37,434 nucleotides of DNA from a virus. Taxonomy: Duplodnaviria; Caudoviricetes. The notes beneath the pieces are model-generated. The model saw only the letters and a list, made by a program, of their open reading frames with translations, was not told the origin of the DNA and made no database searches. Positions 33,672 through 37,434 of the stretch are shown in pieces. Both the position numbers and the translations under genes were made by a program. The stretch's first letter is position 1; the number at the start of each line of letters is the position of its first letter. The DNA lies in IMG/VR virus record IMGVR_UViG_3300037657_000082, positions 1 through 37,434 of that record; one strand, 5' to 3'.

Positions 33672-35183
33672 ATGATGGCAGTGATAGTCCTTCCAGTTGA
33701 CACCACTGAATACACATCGGAGGCGTTCGACGACCTGATTGAGGCAGTGTCTGTGATGGGCGACGCGGCGACTCAGGGCGTTGTGCGCGGAATGCTGAAC
33801 GCGTTGGCAGTGTCGGGCGCGAGCTCGCCGGTGGCCGTGGCTACGGGCTGGGCTATCGTCAAGGGCAAGCTGGTTAAGAACACCGCCAGCGCCAATGTGA
33901 ACGTGGCTTCACCCGTGACTCACCCGCGCATCGACCGGATTGTGCTAGAGATCGACTATAGCACCTCGCCGGTGAGCGCCTCGATTGTGCGCGTCGCAGG
34001 CACGGAGGATCCGGCCCCAACCGCACCGGCCTTGACGCAAACAGACGGCACGAAGTGGCAGCTGAGCCTGGCACAGGTGCACATTACCACCGGCGGCGTG
34101 ATTACGCTGACCGATGAGCGGCGCTATATCGGGCATGGCCATGTGGACGGGGACGCCATCCCGGATGACACGATCGACAGTCAGCACTATGTCGACGGCT
34201 CTATCGACACCGCGCATGTGGGTGACGACCAAGTGACCGACGGCAAGTTGCGCAACAGCGCGGCGCTTTCGGTGATCGGGCGGGGGGCGAACAGCGTGGG
34301 CGATCCAGCCGACATTGCGGCTGGGACGGACGGCCATGTGCTGATGCGCAACGGCGCAGCGCTCGAGTTCAACCAGACCAAGACGGCTGGTATCCTGGCC
34401 AAGGCCGTGACGAAGGCCAAGATGGAGGATGAAGCGGGGGTTTCGGTGATTGGACGCGGCGCGAACAGCGCGGGCGTGCCGGCGGACATCGTCGCTGCTA
34501 CTAACGGGCACGTACTGAGACGCAAGGCGGACGTGGTAGCTTTCGGCCTGATCGACGAGGACTCGATCGAGGACGCTACCGACCTACAGGCCAAGCACGT
34601 GAACGTTGACACCCTGGACGGCTTGCACGCTGCCGACATAGTCTCGGGAGGCGTGCTGTTGGGCGCCATCCTGCTGTGGTTCGGCACACTGGGCGGGACC
34701 GACAGCCACCGGCCGATGGTGGGGGGCATAGCCAATGAGGACTGGCATCTGTGCAATGGTGACACGGTGGGCGGCGTGGTTACGCCCGATCTGCGGAACC
34801 GGTTCGTCGTTGGTGCGGGTAGCACCTACGCTAAGGGTGCGACGGGCGGCGCGACCACGGCCAGCCATACGCACACGGCAGGAACGCTGTTGGGGGCGGG
34901 GCACGTACATGCAGCCGATCTGGTCGTCCAGGCGCACGACCACTCGTTATCGCTTACCAGCGGAACCGGGAGCAACACAACCACAGTGCAGGCAGGGGCG
35001 GGGGCAACCGTTCCGTCTACTGCCCATACCCATACTACCGCCGGTGATACGCTCAACAGCGGTTCAAACGCGACGGGCGATACTCTGAGCTCTGGCGTCG
35101 CAATGTCCGGCAGTACCGCTGCAGCAGCGCCCTCCATCCTGCCGCCCTACTATAGCCTGTACTACCTAATGAAGGTGGCTTAG
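33672..35183 (+). CDS. Tail fibre/minor tail protein with C-terminal collar-like domain
   Basis: N-terminal PRIDRIVL, WQLSLAQV, TDER; two 58-aa-period repeats; GAILLWFG...WHLCNG...TPDLRNRFVVGAG; PPYYSLYYLMK. Confidence 0.8.
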   Translation: MMAVIVLPVDTTEYTSEAFDDLIEAVSVMGDAATQGVVRGMLNALAVSGASSPVAVATGWAIVKGKLVKNTASANVNVASPVTHPRIDRIVLEIDYSTSPVSASIVRVAGTEDPAPTAPALTQTDGTKWQLSLAQVHITTGGVITLTDERRYIGHGHVDGDAIPDDTIDSQHYVDGSIDTAHVGDDQVTDGKLRNSAALSVIGRGANSVGDPADIAAGTDGHVLMRNGAALEFNQTKTAGILAKAVTKAKMEDEAGVSVIGRGANSAGVPADIVAATNGHVLRRKADVVAFGLIDEDSIEDATDLQAKHVNVDTLDGLHAADIVSGGVLLGAILLWFGTLGGTDSHRPMVGGIANEDWHLCNGDTVGGVVTPDLRNRFVVGAGSTYAKGATGGATTASHTHTAGTLLGAGHVHAADLVVQAHDHSLSLTSGTGSNTTTVQAGAGATVPSTAHTHTTAGDTLNSGSNATGDTLSSGVAMSGSTAAAAPSILPPYYSLYYLMKVA

Positions 35184-35185
35184 CG

Positions 35186-35419
35186 GTGAGCAAGCGGCAA
35201 CGCTTCCTGATGTTGGTACAGACAGCGGCCCTGGAGAGGGCGCTGAAAGTGGGCGATCCCACGCACGACTATGCGGCTCCTGCGCTGGCGCAGGCCATGC
35301 AGATTGTACCGCGCTGTTTGCCCGCCGACCTCAGCGCGGCTACGTTCGAGGCGGTCGAGTGGCTGATGTGCGGCGGAAAGCGGCCTGAGTGGGTCCGGTT
35401 GGAAGGGGAGCGAGGATAG
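35186..35419 (+). CDS. Hypothetical protein
   Basis: Tightly packed between tail genes. Confidence 0.55.
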   Translation: MSKRQRFLMLVQTAALERALKVGDPTHDYAAPALAQAMQIVPRCLPADLSAATFEAVEWLMCGGKRPEWVRLEGERG

Positions 35420-36504
35420 TGCCCAACTATCAGCTCTGGCTCTGCAACGACAACTATACCCGCAGCGCGCTGCTGGCCAACAGCGGCACGGCGCGCTCGT
35501 GGGCCAAGCTGTCGTATCGCCAGGCGATTAACGACCTGGAGGGGGCCAGCGTAGATCTCGTGCCCAACTCGAGCAAGGTAGCCAGTGCGACCCTGATGAA
35601 GCGGCTCCTGATCTACCGTGACGGTGTGATCGTCTTCGGAGGACTGCTAGAGCGCGAGGAGTGGGCGATCGGCGGCAGTGCCCCTGATGGCGACACCTGG
35701 ACGATCCATGCGCGCAGCGCGTGCGAGTACGCCTCCTGGCGGCTGGCGACGCCCGGGAGTGGTGACGAATACGACAGCCGCACGGGAGCGCTTGATGATC
35801 TGGCCAAGGAGTACGTGGCCTATCATCTCGGGGCCAGCGCGGCGGCGGCGCGGCAGTTCAGCGACTTGAGCATCGAGGCCGATGCCACGGCAGCGGCCAG
35901 CACTACGATCGAGGCGCGTTACGACGTGCTGCTGACGCTGCTGCAAAAGCTAGCCAAGCAGGGCGGCTTTGACTGGCGCTTTGTGCCCAGCGCGACGGGC
36001 GTGGAGTTCCAGACCGAATACCCGCAGTGGGGGCTGGACAGAACCAAGGGTAACGGCGTCAACGACGAGATGGTGTTCTCACTCGACCGGCGCAACTTTA
36101 GCAGGATGACGTACGCTCAGGACCTGCTGGGGCACTACAACTATCTTTACGTGGGAGGCCAGGGGGAAGGCGCCGACCGCGAGATCGTCGAACGCAGCAC
36201 GGCGGGGGACATCACGGCCTACAAACGTCGCGAACGCTTCTACAACGGCAGTCGCTACTCGCTCACAGCCAGCCTGGAGGCGGCCGGTGATGTGGAGCTG
36301 GCCAAACTGGCGGCCTCCGAGGTGATGACGGTCAAGCCGCTGCCGGGCGTGTGGCCGGCGCAGTTCGGCCTGGGCGATCTGGTGACGATGTTCGTGGTGC
36401 GGTACGGACGGACGTTCACGCAGGATGCCAAGGTTACGGCGATCGGAGTGACGGTAGATCCGGAGGGCATCGAGGACGTGACGCCGGAACTGGAGGCGGT
36501 GTAG
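35419..36504 (+). CDS. Siphovirus baseplate hub/Tal-like protein (Gp37-like)
   Basis: IYRDG.IVFGG, GLDRT, YVGGQGEGADR, RRERF, FGLGDLVT. Confidence 0.8.
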   Translation: MPNYQLWLCNDNYTRSALLANSGTARSWAKLSYRQAINDLEGASVDLVPNSSKVASATLMKRLLIYRDGVIVFGGLLEREEWAIGGSAPDGDTWTIHARSACEYASWRLATPGSGDEYDSRTGALDDLAKEYVAYHLGASAAAARQFSDLSIEADATAAASTTIEARYDVLLTLLQKLAKQGGFDWRFVPSATGVEFQTEYPQWGLDRTKGNGVNDEMVFSLDRRNFSRMTYAQDLLGHYNYLYVGGQGEGADREIVERSTAGDITAYKRRERFYNGSRYSLTASLEAAGDVELAKLAASEVMTVKPLPGVWPAQFGLGDLVTMFVVRYGRTFTQDAKVTAIGVTVDPEGIEDVTPELEAV

Positions 36505-37277
36505 TGGGCGAGCCGACGGTGATCGACCGGCTGATCGACATTGAGAGGCGGCTGCGCGAGTTGGAACTCTCGACGGGGATGGGGCTGAGCGGGACCGACC
36601 AGACCATCAAGGGCAGCCACGACCGACTGGACAGTTTGCTCGGAGCGGGAGTAGCGACGCCGGGCACAACTCTGGTGACGAACCTCAACGCCGACCTACT
36701 GGATAGCCTCCACGCAGCGGCCTCGGGCGCGAACGCGCACGTGCTGGCAACGGGGGTCAGCGGCGAGGCGCAAATCGACGGCCTGCTGACACTGCTCGCC
36801 ACGCTTGTTTTCAGCGGCACCAGCAGCGGCGCGCGCATCAAGTTCATCCCACTGAAGCAGATCAACGCCGGTTCTGCGCAGCCTATGTTCACCATCACCA
36901 CGCCGTCCACTGCGGGGCAGACCGGCGGGCACTACGGCTGTACCGTGGTTACTCACGCAGGGCGCGGTGGCTCTACTGCCACCGCCACCGCTGGAATGCT
37001 GAACATCTCACTGTTCGAGCGGGCCATGCGCGAGGACGATACCGGCGTCACGTCGACGGTGCTCGAGCTTGCGCAGACAGCCAGTGCCGCTACAGACGCG
37101 GCAACGCGAAACATAACCGACATTGCACTCACCGTAGATGACACAGACGAGGACGCGGTTGTGGTCAAGATCAACGTGACCAGGAGCGGGTCGAACGCAC
37201 AGGAGCCATACGTCTCTTGCTGGGTGCTGCTGGTGTGGGAGTGGTTCATCAGCGCGCCCGTGATAGCGGCCGCATGA
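36504..37277 (+). CDS. Minor tail / receptor-binding protein
   Basis: GTG 36504; RLIDIERRLRELE coiled coil, VTNLNADLLDSLH fibre motif, beta-rich C-terminus. Confidence 0.65.
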   Translation: MGEPTVIDRLIDIERRLRELELSTGMGLSGTDQTIKGSHDRLDSLLGAGVATPGTTLVTNLNADLLDSLHAAASGANAHVLATGVSGEAQIDGLLTLLATLVFSGTSSGARIKFIPLKQINAGSAQPMFTITTPSTAGQTGGHYGCTVVTHAGRGGSTATATAGMLNISLFERAMREDDTGVTSTVLELAQTASAATDAATRNITDIALTVDDTDEDAVVVKINVTRSGSNAQEPYVSCWVLLVWEWFISAPVIAAA

Positions 37278-37434
37278 AAGCAATGCTGACGCTATTCGGT
37301 CTCGCGTTGCTTCTGAGCGCACCGCTGATGGCGTGCGGGCAGCAGGTCGCCGGCCGAGGGGGGAGCGTGCCGATGATGGTTGACGGAGCGCCGACAGCGA
37401 CCGTGCGCTGGCCGTCATGGACACCGCAACCGAC
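37274..37434 (+). CDS. 5' part of predicted lipoprotein that continues across the circular junction to 626
   Basis: ATG at 37274 overlaps the upstream TGA (ATGA); reads MKAMLTLFGLALLLSAPLMAC, a signal peptide with lipobox LMAC, in frame with ORF 21..626. Confidence 0.85.
   Translation, partial: MKAMLTLFGLALLLSAPLMACGQQVAGRGGSVPMMVDGAPTATVRWPSWTPQP
37308..37434 (+). repeat. 127-bp terminal direct repeat, copy 2
   Basis: Identical to 1-127. Confidence 0.95.

Larger units (their letters stand above)
1..37434. mobile_element. Complete circular temperate siphovirus genome (37,307 bp unique)
   Basis: Full set of lysis, integration, immunity, replication, packaging, head and tail modules; ends overlap by an exact 127-bp repeat; no host housekeeping genes seen. 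Confidence 0.95.

Noticed and set aside
34261-34530. Diversity-generating retroelement TR/VR pair
   Set aside because: Both copies are in-frame in one gene, differences are not adenine-specific, and no reverse transcriptase is present.

Overview
The window is an apparently complete circular genome of a temperate siphovirus, 37,307 bp unique. Bases 1-127 repeat exactly at 37308-37434, and one ORF reads through that junction. Module order: lysis (lipoprotein, GH-like/M23 endolysin, two holin-like genes), candidate attP, large serine integrase, then an ~7 kb minus-strand lysogeny cargo block. That block holds a MTase-Mrr-like fusion, an NDT/TIR-like protein, a Zn-ribbon membrane protein, a secreted ComEC-like MBL/lamin-tail protein, a Panacea toxin-antitoxin pair and a DUF1828/1829 pair. 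It is followed by a cI/cro switch, early genes (HNH, RecT-like annealase, replication initiator with internal iterons), HNH/TerS/TerL, an HK97-type head with a portal-MuF fusion, and a tail with a -1 frameshifted chaperone, TMP, Dit, collar-domain fibre and hub. Protein style (Pro/Thr linkers, an LPIV sorting-like motif, a GAAC-N4-GT(T/G)C box) suggests a Chloroflexota (Anaerolineae-like) host; this is inference. The most unusual signals are: (1) a ~320-nt non-coding stretch with three tRNA-like acceptor/T-arm modules lacking normal D/anticodon arms; (2) an unannotated 51-codon ORF behind a LexA-like box, a candidate SOS antirepressor for a repressor with no autocleavage domain; (3) a late promoter followed at once by a strong terminator beside a Com-like Zn-finger gene, with no Q homologue; (4) a serine integrase with a non-canonical catalytic motif that is the last gene of a defence-like operon. 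All family assignments are by eye from motifs and synteny; no searches were run.
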